Source: a virus. From it: DNA of 64,000 nt. The DNA lies in the IMG/VR virus record IMGVR_UViG_3300022217_000231, positions 1,779 through 65,778 of that record. One strand, written 5' to 3'. The notes under the pieces were generated by a model, which saw only the letters and a list, made by a program, of their open reading frames with translations, made no database searches and was not told the DNA's origin. Position numbers and translations under genes: made by a program. Of the stretch, positions 14,644-25,103 are shown piece by piece; within the stretch, counting starts at the first letter, position 1; each line of letters begins with the position of its first letter.

Positions 14644-16176
14644 ATGCCTACTAAAGAAGAACAAATAAATCAAGATAGATTAAAAGCTTTAATGACCAAT
14701 AATAAAGATTTTAAAGCTGCTATCGAGCAGTATAAGAAATCTACAGAAGCTTCTAATCAATTGACAAATCTTGTTAAGAAGCAACAAATAGAAATAATAA
14801 AGGGACAATCCCAAATAGTCAAACAGGGTAGTACTTTAAAACAATTTGTTGCTAAACAATCTCCTTTAATGGCTAAAACATTTCAGTTTTTAAAAGCTAG
14901 GAAAGAAGGGAAAGAAGCTGGTAAATTAAGAAGCATTTTCAATTTAAAAACATTAGGGCCTACCTTAATTAAAGGATTATCTTTAGGATTAATGAAATTT
15001 GGAGTAGGAGGAGCAATAGGGGCAGCTAAAATTATTGATTTAACTGAACAATTTCAAGAATTTAGAAAAGAATCTGAAGATAATCAAAGAGAAGCTGCTA
15101 TTGGTATCATTGATCAATTAATGAAAGATGGTAAAACTCAAGAAGAAGTAATTAATCAATTAAAAAAAGATGGATTAAAAGCTAGAGAAGCTAATTTAAC
15201 TTTTGAAGCATATAGAGATTCCTTAGATAAACAAATAGTAGAACAAGTTAAACAAGGAGATATAGAAGAAGATAAAGATGACGCAGTCATTGAAATTCAA
15301 AAAGAATCTATAGAAGCTTCTATTAAAGCTAGTGATATAATAGATGAAGCTCTTAATTTATTATTATTTGAGCAAGAAGAAACTACTAAAGAATTACAAT
15401 TACAAAGAGTTACTGCTGAAAAAAGGTTAGAATTAGAAAAACAAATTGAACAAAATGAAGCACTTAGACATACTGAATTAATGGATTCTAGGAAGGAAGT
15501 TTCTGAAGAATCTGGAGGATTCTTCAGTTCTCTATTGGGTAGCTTCACTGGATTAAAGAAAGGGTTTGGTATGTTAGGAGGAATTGTTACTAAAATAGGA
15601 GGATTAATAACAATGTTAGCTCCTGTGGTAGCAGTAGCTGCTACTGCGTTTATAGCATATAAAGTAGGTGGATTTATTAATAAAGGAATTAATAAAGTCG
15701 TTGAATTTTTTACTGGTACTAAAGGAGAAACTTTAGGGGGATTATTATTTGATTTTCTACATCCTAGTGTTGAAAGTAGAAAAATAGCTCAAGATAAATT
15801 TTTTGCTACTAGAGAAGGACAAAAAATTTTAAAAACTGCCAAAGAAAAAGGATTTAAAGTAACTGCAACTACTACTAGAAAAGAACTAGATGATTTCCTC
15901 TTAGAATATAATAAGCAATTAAGAGCTGAAAAACAAAAAACTAGAACACAAGAAATAAATCAAATAGAAAAAATTAACAAAAAGAAATTGACAGAAGAAA
16001 GAAAAAATAGAAGAGAAGAAGATAGAATTTTTCAAGAAAAAATATTAACTGAAAGAAATGAATCATTAGCAGCTAATATAAATATAAATCAAAATAATGG
16101 TACTAGATTAGATAAAATACCAGCTAATTCAGATGATCTTCAATTTGCATTGATGGCAAAAGGAGGAATTAGTTAA
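14644..16176 (+). CDS. Tape measure / baseplate hub protein (gp29-like)
   Basis: 510 aa coiled-coil with Gly/Ala-rich hydrophobic segments; lies between gp26/51 and gp48. Confidence 0.7.
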   Translation: MPTKEEQINQDRLKALMTNNKDFKAAIEQYKKSTEASNQLTNLVKKQQIEIIKGQSQIVKQGSTLKQFVAKQSPLMAKTFQFLKARKEGKEAGKLRSIFNLKTLGPTLIKGLSLGLMKFGVGGAIGAAKIIDLTEQFQEFRKESEDNQREAAIGIIDQLMKDGKTQEEVINQLKKDGLKAREANLTFEAYRDSLDKQIVEQVKQGDIEEDKDDAVIEIQKESIEASIKASDIIDEALNLLLFEQEETTKELQLQRVTAEKRLELEKQIEQNEALRHTELMDSRKEVSEESGGFFSSLLGSFTGLKKGFGMLGGIVTKIGGLITMLAPVVAVAATAFIAYKVGGFINKGINKVVEFFTGTKGETLGGLLFDFLHPSVESRKIAQDKFFATREGQKILKTAKEKGFKVTATTTRKELDDFLLEYNKQLRAEKQKTRTQEINQIEKINKKKLTEERKNRREEDRIFQEKILTERNESLAANININQNNGTRLDKIPANSDDLQFALMAKGGIS

Positions 16177-16177
16177 A

Positions 16178-17275
16178 ATGCCTATACAACCAGTAACAAT
16201 TCCAAAAAATTGGGCTAAAATGTTTAATATTGATAAAGAAGAAAATATTGATAATATGTTTTTAATTTTTAGAACATATCCCGCTCCAGTTTTAGCAGTT
16301 GAAAATATAGGAAGAGATAATATGTATTCCTTCCCAGATAAGGCAAATGCTTTAGAGCAATATAATTTCTTTTATCCTAAAGATAATATTTCTGAAAAAA
16401 TAGATCACGTATATAGTGAAAACAATTCAGCTGTTATAGAATCATTAACTAGAACTAGACAGGCAATAGGTGGTAAATTAGGGGCAGCAGTACAAATAAG
16501 TACAGCAGGTAGACAAGGAGTCTTACATGAAGAACCTTTTCTATATAGTAAAACTGAAAGAAGATCTTTTTCTATAAATTTAATGTTAATTGCATATAGC
16601 GATTTAGAAGAAGATATTTATGGACCTATTAAATTTTTCAGAAATAATTCATATCCTACAAGATTAACAGGAACAGGGATTACTACTAATATTGCAGGAG
16701 GGCAAAGATTAGGTAGAATTCAAAATCCAAATATATTTAGAATTAGTGGAGGATTATTCAATACTAATCAAGTAAATGATAGTTTTTATATTCTTAATAA
16801 TATAAATGTAGATTATAATACGGATATAAAATTCCTTAAAGAAGGATACCCAATGCAAGCTATGTTAACTTTAGATTTTACTGAATTAGTTCAAATGTAT
16901 GCTGATAAATTTAGAGCAGTAGAAGCTAAAATTAATGTAAAATTAGAAGATCAAGAAGTAGTATCACAATCTTTAAGTGATGTTGTAAAAGAAAATATAC
17001 AAAATACTATTAAAAATAGTCCAATTGTTAGAGCTGCTAAAAATGCACCTACTATAATAGAGCAAGAAGTGAAAAGAAAAGTAACTGAAATGGTTAAAGA
17101 AAATCCATTATATAAACAGGTTACTAGTATTACTGATATTGATCCTAGACAAAGACTTGAAGTTGAAAAAATTACAAATAATAGTCCTTTATTTAAAAAG
17201 ATTTTAAATATTACAGATATTAAAACTAATCATAAAGAAGAAGTTGATAATATATTGAGAAAAATTAGAGGTTAA
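16178..17275 (+). CDS. Baseplate tail-tube cap (gp48-like)
   Basis: RSF.....L...S..E...I..I..FF....YP; P.IF.I; L.NI.VDY.......F....P....LTL.F.E. Confidence 0.65.
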   Translation: MPIQPVTIPKNWAKMFNIDKEENIDNMFLIFRTYPAPVLAVENIGRDNMYSFPDKANALEQYNFFYPKDNISEKIDHVYSENNSAVIESLTRTRQAIGGKLGAAVQISTAGRQGVLHEEPFLYSKTERRSFSINLMLIAYSDLEEDIYGPIKFFRNNSYPTRLTGTGITTNIAGGQRLGRIQNPNIFRISGGLFNTNQVNDSFYILNNINVDYNTDIKFLKEGYPMQAMLTLDFTELVQMYADKFRAVEAKINVKLEDQEVVSQSLSDVVKENIQNTIKNSPIVRAAKNAPTIIEQEVKRKVTEMVKENPLYKQVTSITDIDPRQRLEVEKITNNSPLFKKILNITDIKTNHKEEVDNILRKIRG

Positions 17276-17283
17276 ATATATAT

Positions 17284-17616
17284 ATGGCTATTGCTAGAAG
17301 AAGTAATACTAAATCAATTATAAGAGTTTTGGGAAAAATTACATTAAATAATCAAGAAATGACTAATATATTTCATAAACTTAAAATTGAACAACCAGGA
17401 TTACAAGATGCTGATTTATATGAAGAATATATTATAGAAGATAAAGATAGATGGGATGTTATTTCTAATAAAATATATGGTACGCCATATTTATATTGGT
17501 TAATTTTAACATTTAATGAAATTAAAGACCCATTTAATTCTTTAATAAGTGGAAATACTTTAAAATTAATTAAAAATGAATTAGTTCCTGGTATATTACT
17601 TAAATTACAAATTTAA
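17284..17616 (+). CDS. gp53: Baseplate wedge protein (gp53-like, LysM-type)
   Basis: Y.I...DRWD.IS.K.YG.P.LYW.IL.FN.I.DP. Confidence 0.8.
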   Translation: MAIARRSNTKSIIRVLGKITLNNQEMTNIFHKLKIEQPGLQDADLYEEYIIEDKDRWDVISNKIYGTPYLYWLILTFNEIKDPFNSLISGNTLKLIKNELVPGILLKLQI

Positions 17617-17621
17617 AAATT

Positions 17622-18887
17622 ATGGCTAATAATTTTGAAATCCAATATTTATTAACAAATATTCAAGAACCATTCAAAGGTGGAGAAATTCCTTTAGATC
17701 CATCTTTCATTACTTATTTTTGGTTTTGTGAAAATATTGAAAACATGTACATAACTGGAAGTTTAGAAATAGAGGATACTGGTGGGTTTTTTGAAAGATT
17801 ACCATTAACAGGTGAAGAAATATTAAAAGTAACTATTACTCAAGATTTAGAAAAAGATGAATCCGATAATACGGGGGATTCTAAAAATTTTCAAAAAATT
17901 ATAGAATTTGAATTATATAAAACTCCTATTAAAGATATAAATAAAAATAGATTAATGGTATATGAATTTAGATTAGCAGAAAAAGGATTTTTTGAATTTT
18001 TTAGAAAACAATATAGTAAATCATATTCAGAAAAATTTATTACAGATATTATAAAAGATATCTGTAATAATCAATTAGGAATAGATGAGGCTAATTATGA
18101 TATCGAAGAAACAGCTGATAAAATAGATTATATTATTCCTTATTGGAAACCTTCTATTACCATACAAGATCTAAGATATAGATCTAGAAGGAAAAAAACT
18201 CCAAGTGAGGGTAGTTATTTATTTTTTAGTACAATTGGAGATATAGATAGAAAAACTCCTTTAAAAAGATTAGTATCCTTTGCTACTTTATTAGAACAAG
18301 AAGTAAATGATACTATTTTTGAAAAATTTTATTTTAAAAAACAAGATATAAATTCTTCATTTATAAATAATATTAAAGAACTTAGGAATATTAATTACAA
18401 TAATAGATCTATTATTAATGAAGGTATTGGTGGTAAAAAAAATTATTATATAGATTTAATTAATGATAAAGTAGTTAAAGAAACTACTAAAATATATGAT
18501 GATTTTATTTCTAATTCACCTATATTAGGCACTAAATCTTATTTATCATTATATTTAAATGATGTAGACTCTGATGTTAAATTTAGTGGATTAGATAATG
18601 AAAATGACATTAAAAGATCTCAAGATACAAGATTTCGAATGAGTTTAGAAAATTATAATAAACGAGAAATTGTAATAGAAGGATTATTAGATAGATATTC
18701 TGGTAGAAAAATATATTTAGAAGAAATGTCTAATAGTGCAGGAGAAGTTGAAAATGAGAAAGATTCTGGAGAATGGTTAATAAAAGGAGTAACTAATTAT
18801 TTTACAATAAATAATTTTGAGCAGAGAATAACAATAATTAAAGATGCTTGGTCAGTTAGTGATGTTGATGGGCATATTACTATATAA
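17622..18887 (+). CDS. Baseplate hub protein (gp27-like)
   Basis: ENI....ITG.L.I.D.G...E.LPL.G.E; IIPYW.P...I..L; G.WLI..V...F; sits directly upstream of gp5. Confidence 0.7.
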   Translation: MANNFEIQYLLTNIQEPFKGGEIPLDPSFITYFWFCENIENMYITGSLEIEDTGGFFERLPLTGEEILKVTITQDLEKDESDNTGDSKNFQKIIEFELYKTPIKDINKNRLMVYEFRLAEKGFFEFFRKQYSKSYSEKFITDIIKDICNNQLGIDEANYDIEETADKIDYIIPYWKPSITIQDLRYRSRRKKTPSEGSYLFFSTIGDIDRKTPLKRLVSFATLLEQEVNDTIFEKFYFKKQDINSSFINNIKELRNINYNNRSIINEGIGGKKNYYIDLINDKVVKETTKIYDDFISNSPILGTKSYLSLYLNDVDSDVKFSGLDNENDIKRSQDTRFRMSLENYNKREIVIEGLLDRYSGRKIYLEEMSNSAGEVENEKDSGEWLIKGVTNYFTINNFEQRITIIKDAWSVSDVDGHITI

Positions 18888-18907
18888 TTTTTTATAAATA
18901 ATTAAAA

Positions 18908-19825
18908 ATGTTTGATACTAATTCACATACATTAACTAATACTAATTTCAATGGACATTTCATAGGGGTCGTAGAAGATAATTTAGATCCTTTAAAAATG
19001 GGTCGTTGTAGAATTAGAGTATTAGGATTACATACTTCTAATAAAAATAAAAGTGCCATTACTGGAATTCCAACTAATGAATTACCTTGGGCATTACCAG
19101 TTAATCCTATTTCTAATGGGTCAGTATCTGGTTTAGGAGATTGGAAAATTCCAGTTAAAGGTAGTTATGTTGTTTTATTTTTTCTGAATGGTGATCATTC
19201 AGATCCTTTATATTTTGGTTCTATAGGGGGATATCCAAAAACAGCCCCAGATAGTACTAAAGGATTTAATGATCCGGATGGCATATATCCTAATATATTA
19301 AATGAACCAGATTGGAATAAATATGCTAGAGGTAGTACTTTAAATAGTTTAAAAAATGGTAATTTAGATACTTTTGAACCGACGGCAGATGCTTCTCCCG
19401 AATATCCACATAATAATGTTTTTGAAGCTCCAGGAAGTGGAATAATAGTCGAACATGATAGTACACCAGGAAAAGAAAGGTGGCATATTTATCATAAAGC
19501 TTCTAAATCATATATGGAAATCAAAGAAGATGGTACCACAATATTTAAAAGTGTAAAAGATAATTATGAAATAATATCGGGACTAAAAAAATTATTTGTA
19601 AAAACTACTTTAGATGAACAAGTAGATGGTAATAAAACTTCTACAATAGGTGGAACATTAAATATTACAGTTACTGGTAAATGTACTGTTAAAGCAAATG
19701 TGATAGAACTAGATGGAGGAACTACTGCTTCTTTAGATGGAGTAATTACTGGCAAATCTATTTGTCATTTTACAGGAACTCCTATTACAGATAAATCTAC
19801 AACAGTAAAAGCTACAAAAACTTAA
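18908..19825 (+). CDS. gp5: Baseplate central spike (gp5-like; OB-fold plus beta-helix, no lysozyme domain)
   Basis: F.GVVED..DPL..GR.R.RV.G.H....LPWA; YP.N.V.....G...E.D.TPG.ER.H..H; late promoter at 18893. Confidence 0.9.
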   Translation: MFDTNSHTLTNTNFNGHFIGVVEDNLDPLKMGRCRIRVLGLHTSNKNKSAITGIPTNELPWALPVNPISNGSVSGLGDWKIPVKGSYVVLFFLNGDHSDPLYFGSIGGYPKTAPDSTKGFNDPDGIYPNILNEPDWNKYARGSTLNSLKNGNLDTFEPTADASPEYPHNNVFEAPGSGIIVEHDSTPGKERWHIYHKASKSYMEIKEDGTTIFKSVKDNYEIISGLKKLFVKTTLDEQVDGNKTSTIGGTLNITVTGKCTVKANVIELDGGTTASLDGVITGKSICHFTGTPITDKSTTVKATKT

Positions 19826-19841
19826 AAGGAGACTTATAATA

Positions 19842-20060
19842 ATGGCAATGAATTCTACTAATTTAGCTTCTGAAATTGTAACACAATTAGAAGCTCAAGG
19901 ATTTGTATCAGGAACTTTTTCAAAATATGATGAAATGGCTACTGCTCTTGCAATTGCTATTGTTAATCACATACAAACAAATGCTGAAATTGGTTCCAGT
20001 GGCGCACATGCTGAGGCTGGAGATGGTAATCATACACATCCCGCTGGAAATATATCATAG
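19842..20060 (+). CDS. Small His-tipped protein, possible spike-associated
   Basis: Follows gp5; C-terminal HAEAGDGNHTHPAG. Confidence 0.4.
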   Translation: MAMNSTNLASEIVTQLEAQGFVSGTFSKYDEMATALAIAIVNHIQTNAEIGSSGAHAEAGDGNHTHPAGNIS

Positions 20061-20066
20061 GAAAAT

Positions 20067-20567
20067 ATGACAGAAACTAGAAACATATCAACTTCTCATC
20101 CTAGTAGATTTAGATTAGTATTTCCATTTTTAGATTTTTTATCACCTACTGAAAAAGGTGAAGATTTAATTTTATATTGCAGTGAAGCTCAATTGCCAGG
20201 AATAACTTTGGATGTTATTCCTATTGAAACTCCATATTTTGATTTAAAAGAACCAAGCAATAAAATTAATTTTGATGATTTAATTTTAACATATTCAATA
20301 GATGAACTATTTACCAATTATACATTAATATTAAATTGGTTACAATATATAAAAAATCCCGAAAGATACGAAGTAAAAAATCAAAAAGTAGATGCTACTT
20401 TAATGATTTATAGTAATAATAATAATCCAAAAGTACAAGTAACATTTAAAAATATATTTCCTATTGCAATTGAACCAATTAATTTTGATAAAAAAATTGA
20501 TGATATAGAAGATCTTGAAAATACAGTAACTTTTGCAGTAGAGTCATTTTTTATCAGAGAGGATTAA
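20067..20567 (+). CDS. Tail completion / tube-like protein (T4 gp3/gp54 family)
   Basis: F.L.F....C....LPGI.L.....P......P..K..FD.L...Y.IDE...NY..I..W; F...FP....I.F. Confidence 0.75.
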   Translation: MTETRNISTSHPSRFRLVFPFLDFLSPTEKGEDLILYCSEAQLPGITLDVIPIETPYFDLKEPSNKINFDDLILTYSIDELFTNYTLILNWLQYIKNPERYEVKNQKVDATLMIYSNNNNPKVQVTFKNIFPIAIEPINFDKKIDDIEDLENTVTFAVESFFIRED

Positions 20568-20570
20568 ACA

Positions 20571-20957
20571 ATGGCAGAAGTTAAAAGATATAGTGATATT
20601 GATCATAAATTTCGTAAATTATCAACTGGAGATATTAATAAAGTATATGATGAAAAAGCAATTAATCAATCTTTAACTTCTTTATTTCATACTATTCCTG
20701 GAGAAAGATTTTTTAATTTAACATATGGAAGTAATTTACCATTTTTATTATTTGAACCTTTTGATGCATTAACAGCTAAAACTATAACAGAAGAAATTCA
20801 AGATTCAATAAGAATTTGGGAAAGTGCAAGAATAAGAATAAAAGATTTAGAAGTGCAATTAGATTATCAAAATACTAGATATTTAATTAGATTAGTTTAT
20901 GAAATTAAAAATACCACAGAAACTGGGAATTTAGATTTATTATTAAAAAAATTATAA
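20571..20957 (+). CDS. gp25: Baseplate wedge subunit (gp25-like)
   Basis: YSDID..F.....GD.......AI.QS...L..T..GER.F...YGS.L..LLFEP. Confidence 0.9.
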   Translation: MAEVKRYSDIDHKFRKLSTGDINKVYDEKAINQSLTSLFHTIPGERFFNLTYGSNLPFLLFEPFDALTAKTITEEIQDSIRIWESARIRIKDLEVQLDYQNTRYLIRLVYEIKNTTETGNLDLLLKKL

Positions 20958-20984
20958 GAATATTATAAAAGGAATATATTATAA

Positions 20985-22511
20985 ATGAGTACATTAAATT
21001 ATACAAATTTTGATTTTGCCACAATCAAAACAGATATCATTACTTTATTAAGTAATGATAATGTATTTAAAGATTATAATTTTTCAGGGTCAAATATAAA
21101 TACAATAATTGAATTAATATCTGGAGTAGCAGATTTATTTAATTTTTATATTAATGCTTTAGCCGATGAGTCATATATATCTTCAGCAGATTTATATCAA
21201 AATGTTAATAAATTAGTCGAACTTATAGGATACAACCCTAATGGTTATGTATCTTCTACAACTACAATTACTTTAGCTTCTACAATTACTTTTGTACAAG
21301 ATGATGACTACTTTGAAATACCAAAATGGTCAGAATTTTCTGTAAGTGAAACTTCTCCCGATGGAGATACTATTAAATATGTTAACCCTTCTAAATTAAC
21401 TTACATAGGATTTGCTGGTGTAAATAATTTTACTGAGGATATTTATTTAGTTCAAGGTACTTCTGAAACTCAAAATTTTATAGGAACTGGCGAAGAATTT
21501 CAAAAATTTGAAATAACTGAACCAAAGGCAACTGAAGAGTATGTGGAAATTACCATAGACGGTGAAATATGGACAAAAGTAGATAATTTATATAGAAATA
21601 TAGATGATATCTCTAATGTTTTTACAACTAGATACAATAAAAATGAAAAAGTTGAAATACAATTTGGTGATGGTATATTTGGAGTAAAACCTAATAATAA
21701 TTCTTCTATAATAGTCACTTATGTAAAAACTTTAGGAGATACTGGAGTAATTAGTGCTAATGTTATGACCGGTTTAGATGAAGAAATTCAAATAAAAGAT
21801 AAAGATACTGGAAATAATAAAGGTGTGATTACATTTACAATCACACAATCTAATATATCTGATGGAGGTAGAATACCATTAACGGCAGAAGAAATTAGCA
21901 ATTATGGCCCTAAATCTTTTAGAACTCAAGATAGAGCAGTTACATCACTTGATCATGAGGATTTATTAATATCAGAATTTAATGAATTTATATTACAAGC
22001 AGTTACTTTAAATAGTGATAATTATTTTACTCTTACTGGAGATTCTCCAGCTACAAGCGGATTATATTATAACAATGTATATTTATATATTCTTCCCAAA
22101 AATGGAAATACTATTAGTGGTAACCTTCAATTAGAAATACAGAATTTTTTGGAAGATTATAAAATGACTACTATTAATTATATATTAAAAAATTTAGACT
22201 ATAGATATTTTGATGTAAATGTCGAATTTAAAATTTTAACTAATACATTACGAACAAATTCTGAAGTAAGTACTGATATAGAAACTATAATTAACAATTA
22301 TTTTTTAAGAAGTGTTAGATCAATTGGAGATGAAATTAAATATTCTGATATAATAAGTCAATTGCAGGCAGTGTCTGGAATATCTAGTTTAACTATGTCT
22401 TTAAGTTCTGATTTAGATGTTGGAATAAAATACGAGAATATTAATTTAGGATCTATTCAATTTCCATTAATTAATACAATAACTATATCGCCTTGTGGTA
22501 CTGGAGATTAA
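20985..22511 (+). CDS. gp6: Baseplate wedge subunit (gp6-like)
   Basis: DF..IK..I...L.....FKDYNF.GS.I..II; FGDG.FG..P; F.TQ.RAVT..D. Confidence 0.92.
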   Translation: MSTLNYTNFDFATIKTDIITLLSNDNVFKDYNFSGSNINTIIELISGVADLFNFYINALADESYISSADLYQNVNKLVELIGYNPNGYVSSTTTITLASTITFVQDDDYFEIPKWSEFSVSETSPDGDTIKYVNPSKLTYIGFAGVNNFTEDIYLVQGTSETQNFIGTGEEFQKFEITEPKATEEYVEITIDGEIWTKVDNLYRNIDDISNVFTTRYNKNEKVEIQFGDGIFGVKPNNNSSIIVTYVKTLGDTGVISANVMTGLDEEIQIKDKDTGNNKGVITFTITQSNISDGGRIPLTAEEISNYGPKSFRTQDRAVTSLDHEDLLISEFNEFILQAVTLNSDNYFTLTGDSPATSGLYYNNVYLYILPKNGNTISGNLQLEIQNFLEDYKMTTINYILKNLDYRYFDVNVEFKILTNTLRTNSEVSTDIETIINNYFLRSVRSIGDEIKYSDIISQLQAVSGISSLTMSLSSDLDVGIKYENINLGSIQFPLINTITISPCGTGD

Positions 22512-22518
22512 TATATAA

Positions 22519-24501
22519 ATGAGTTTAAATCCTATTATAACTTCAGGTTCTCCATTTGAAGGATTCTTCAAAGATCATTTACCTAGTTTTCTATTTGATA
22601 AATTTACTGGAACAGATTTTCAAAGAATAGAAGCCTTATATTCTAATTTAGATATTATTTTTGATAATATATATCAAAAATTAAAAAATTTTCCAGATGA
22701 ATTAGATGTTAATTTAGCACAAGCTAAATATTTATATCAATTAGGACAATTAATAGGAATAGATAATATTGAAGATTTAAGTACATATTTAGATGATGAT
22801 GGTGTATTAAATACAGAAGGTGTAACTCAAGTAGAATGGGATGAAAAATTAATACGGCAAAGAAATTATGTAACTAATACAATTGTTAGATATTTGCTTA
22901 AAGGTACTACAGAAAGTATAAAACAACTTCTTTATGCTAATGGATATACCGTAAATATCAGAGAATTATGGGCTGAAGATGTTATAAATGGTCCATATTT
23001 TGAATATAATAATGCATTAATAACTAGTTATGGTGATAGTATTACTGGTGCTACTACAGGAGATATATATTCAGAAGAAACATTTGATTTAATATCTGAA
23101 ATTCAAGGAGATGTAGTTACAGCAGGAATTAGTGCAGTATCTTTATGGGAAACTAATAATTACAACTATCAATATGTTTTAGATACTTATAATAATTTAT
23201 ATTATAAAACTTCAACTACCCCTACAAGTGCAAATAGTGAAACATGGTATCAATACGATACATCTTCATTACCAGTTTCAGGTGATATAGAAGAGTTCAA
23301 ATTAATAAATAGCAAAATTTATATAAGAACTAATATTAATAATCTCGTAGTTTTTGATTATGATTTAGATTCAGCTAGTCTTATTGAAGATTTTAAAATT
23401 GATGATAATAATTGTTATTTTTTTAATATTATAGAAAATGGTACTAAAATTTTCTTAGATAGAGGTAATAATATTGAAGTAAGAAATATTTCGACATATC
23501 AAAAAATTTCATCCTCTGTAGCAAAACCAATAGGAAATTTACAAACTATAGAAAAAATAATCTTAAAAAAAGTTGGTGAGTATCTAATAATTAATACTAA
23601 TTCAATTGGATATATTTTAATAATTTCAGAAAATGCTTATGATTTATATGGTAGTCCAACAACATATAATCTTTCTATTGATTTAGATGAAGCTAAACAT
23701 GATATTTTTAGTATAGAAAATGATGAATTTATAATATTAAAATATAATATTACAACTAATGATTTAAAATCTACTTTTATATTTTTTGATGAAAACTATG
23801 TTATGGGGCTGGCAACTTCATCTGTTACTTCAGCGGGAGCATTTTCAGAAGTAAATGATATATATGGTTATTCTAATCAAGTTTTAATATTAGCAAATAG
23901 TAATTTTGGAATATATAATTTATCAGATAGAGATATTAATATATATTATGATTATGTTACTATAGGTTATAATTATTTAAAAGTATTTTATCTTGATAAA
24001 TTTTATTTTGAACGTCGCATTGGCGATATTATTGATTTTGCAAAAATTATAGGTTGGAATTCTTTTTTAGAAGCATTATATAAATCCCATTATTTTGATA
24101 TTGAAATAAATATAGATGAAGATTCCGATCCAATAAATGAAATAACTAATACTATTGACGTATTATTACCCATAGTAAAACCTATACATACTGAACTTCA
24201 AACAGTAATATCAATATTAACTGATCTTTCTGCCATATTATCTGAAGATGTATTTAATGATGATAATGCTACGGTTTTACCAATTTCTGCAGGAGGAACA
24301 CAATATACAATTGCTTTAATTGGTAGCTATGATGCTCAACATCCTTGGAAAAGAACAAATAATCAATCATTTAAATATCAATGCGATGGAATAGATGGTA
24401 GACCTAATTTAAAATATGGAGAAACCCCATTTAATTTTGATATTGATACAACAAATGATGAATTAGATAATTTTATATATACAAATACACCTGAACCTTA
24501 A
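22519..24501 (+). CDS. Baseplate wedge protein (gp7-like)
   Basis: LP..L......; YL..LG..IG; Y..KGT..SI..LL...G..V.I.E.W; VKP.HT; follows gp6. Confidence 0.7.
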   Translation: MSLNPIITSGSPFEGFFKDHLPSFLFDKFTGTDFQRIEALYSNLDIIFDNIYQKLKNFPDELDVNLAQAKYLYQLGQLIGIDNIEDLSTYLDDDGVLNTEGVTQVEWDEKLIRQRNYVTNTIVRYLLKGTTESIKQLLYANGYTVNIRELWAEDVINGPYFEYNNALITSYGDSITGATTGDIYSEETFDLISEIQGDVVTAGISAVSLWETNNYNYQYVLDTYNNLYYKTSTTPTSANSETWYQYDTSSLPVSGDIEEFKLINSKIYIRTNINNLVVFDYDLDSASLIEDFKIDDNNCYFFNIIENGTKIFLDRGNNIEVRNISTYQKISSSVAKPIGNLQTIEKIILKKVGEYLIINTNSIGYILIISENAYDLYGSPTTYNLSIDLDEAKHDIFSIENDEFIILKYNITTNDLKSTFIFFDENYVMGLATSSVTSAGAFSEVNDIYGYSNQVLILANSNFGIYNLSDRDINIYYDYVTIGYNYLKVFYLDKFYFERRIGDIIDFAKIIGWNSFLEALYKSHYFDIEINIDEDSDPINEITNTIDVLLPIVKPIHTELQTVISILTDLSAILSEDVFNDDNATVLPISAGGTQYTIALIGSYDAQHPWKRTNNQSFKYQCDGIDGRPNLKYGETPFNFDIDTTNDELDNFIYTNTPEP

Positions 24502-24536
24502 TAGAAATAATCTCAACAGGAGAAAATAATATAAAA

Positions 24537-25064
24537 ATGTTAGAATTAAAAGAAAAAATAGATAATAGATTAAAAGGAGAAGTATTTCTTAAAGTAATTA
24601 ATAGTGATGGATCAATAATTCTAGAAGGACATCAAAATAATTTAATAGTAGATAATGGATTGCTAGTTACTGCTAGTTTATTAGCTTCAGATTTTACTGA
24701 TTATGCTATTACACAATTTGCATTTGGAGATGGTACTACTGCTGCAACTAGTGCAGATACAAATTTAGGGGGTGACTACTTTCGTAAAATTGGAATAGAT
24801 ACTACTCTAACAGGAGTATTTGGTAATAATATTGCAAGGATTTATTGGGAAGTAATATTTAATAATGATATTGCTGGACAAACATTTGAGGGAGCAATAG
24901 GAGGGGTATGGCCAGCAAATACAGCTTTTACTATAAAAGAATTTGGATTATATTCAACTAATGATACTTTATTTAATAGATTAATTTGGACTGGAGCAGA
25001 TTTGATATTAAATAAAGGGGTTAAAATAGAAGGATTTTTTCAAATTACGATTTCTGCTAATTAA
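24537..25064 (+). CDS. Baseplate / tail-collar protein
   Basis: GEV.L......G......HN.IV..G; I...AFGDG........DT.L; IKEFGLY.....LFNR. Confidence 0.6.
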   Translation: MLELKEKIDNRLKGEVFLKVINSDGSIILEGHQNNLIVDNGLLVTASLLASDFTDYAITQFAFGDGTTAATSADTNLGGDYFRKIGIDTTLTGVFGNNIARIYWEVIFNNDIAGQTFEGAIGGVWPANTAFTIKEFGLYSTNDTLFNRLIWTGADLILNKGVKIEGFFQITISAN

Positions 25065-25103
25065 AAAATATATATAAATAATTAAAAATATTATGGGTAA
25101 ATA

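Noticed and set aside
13807-15548. Opposite-strand ORFs (13807-14037, 14098-14367, 15297-15548, and likewise 19564, 21500, 25008, 27386, 28088, 32102, 37044, 40407, 41571, 50056, 51970, 53270, 54778, 57702)
   Set aside because: These are shadows or alternate frames of well-supported genes, with low-complexity Ser/Leu/Ile composition and no RBS.
20058-20069. Readthrough fusion of the 72-aa ORF into the gp3-like gene (TAG GAA AAT ATG is in frame)
   Set aside because: The gp3-like gene has a normal length and start; in-frame spacing occurs by chance one time in three.
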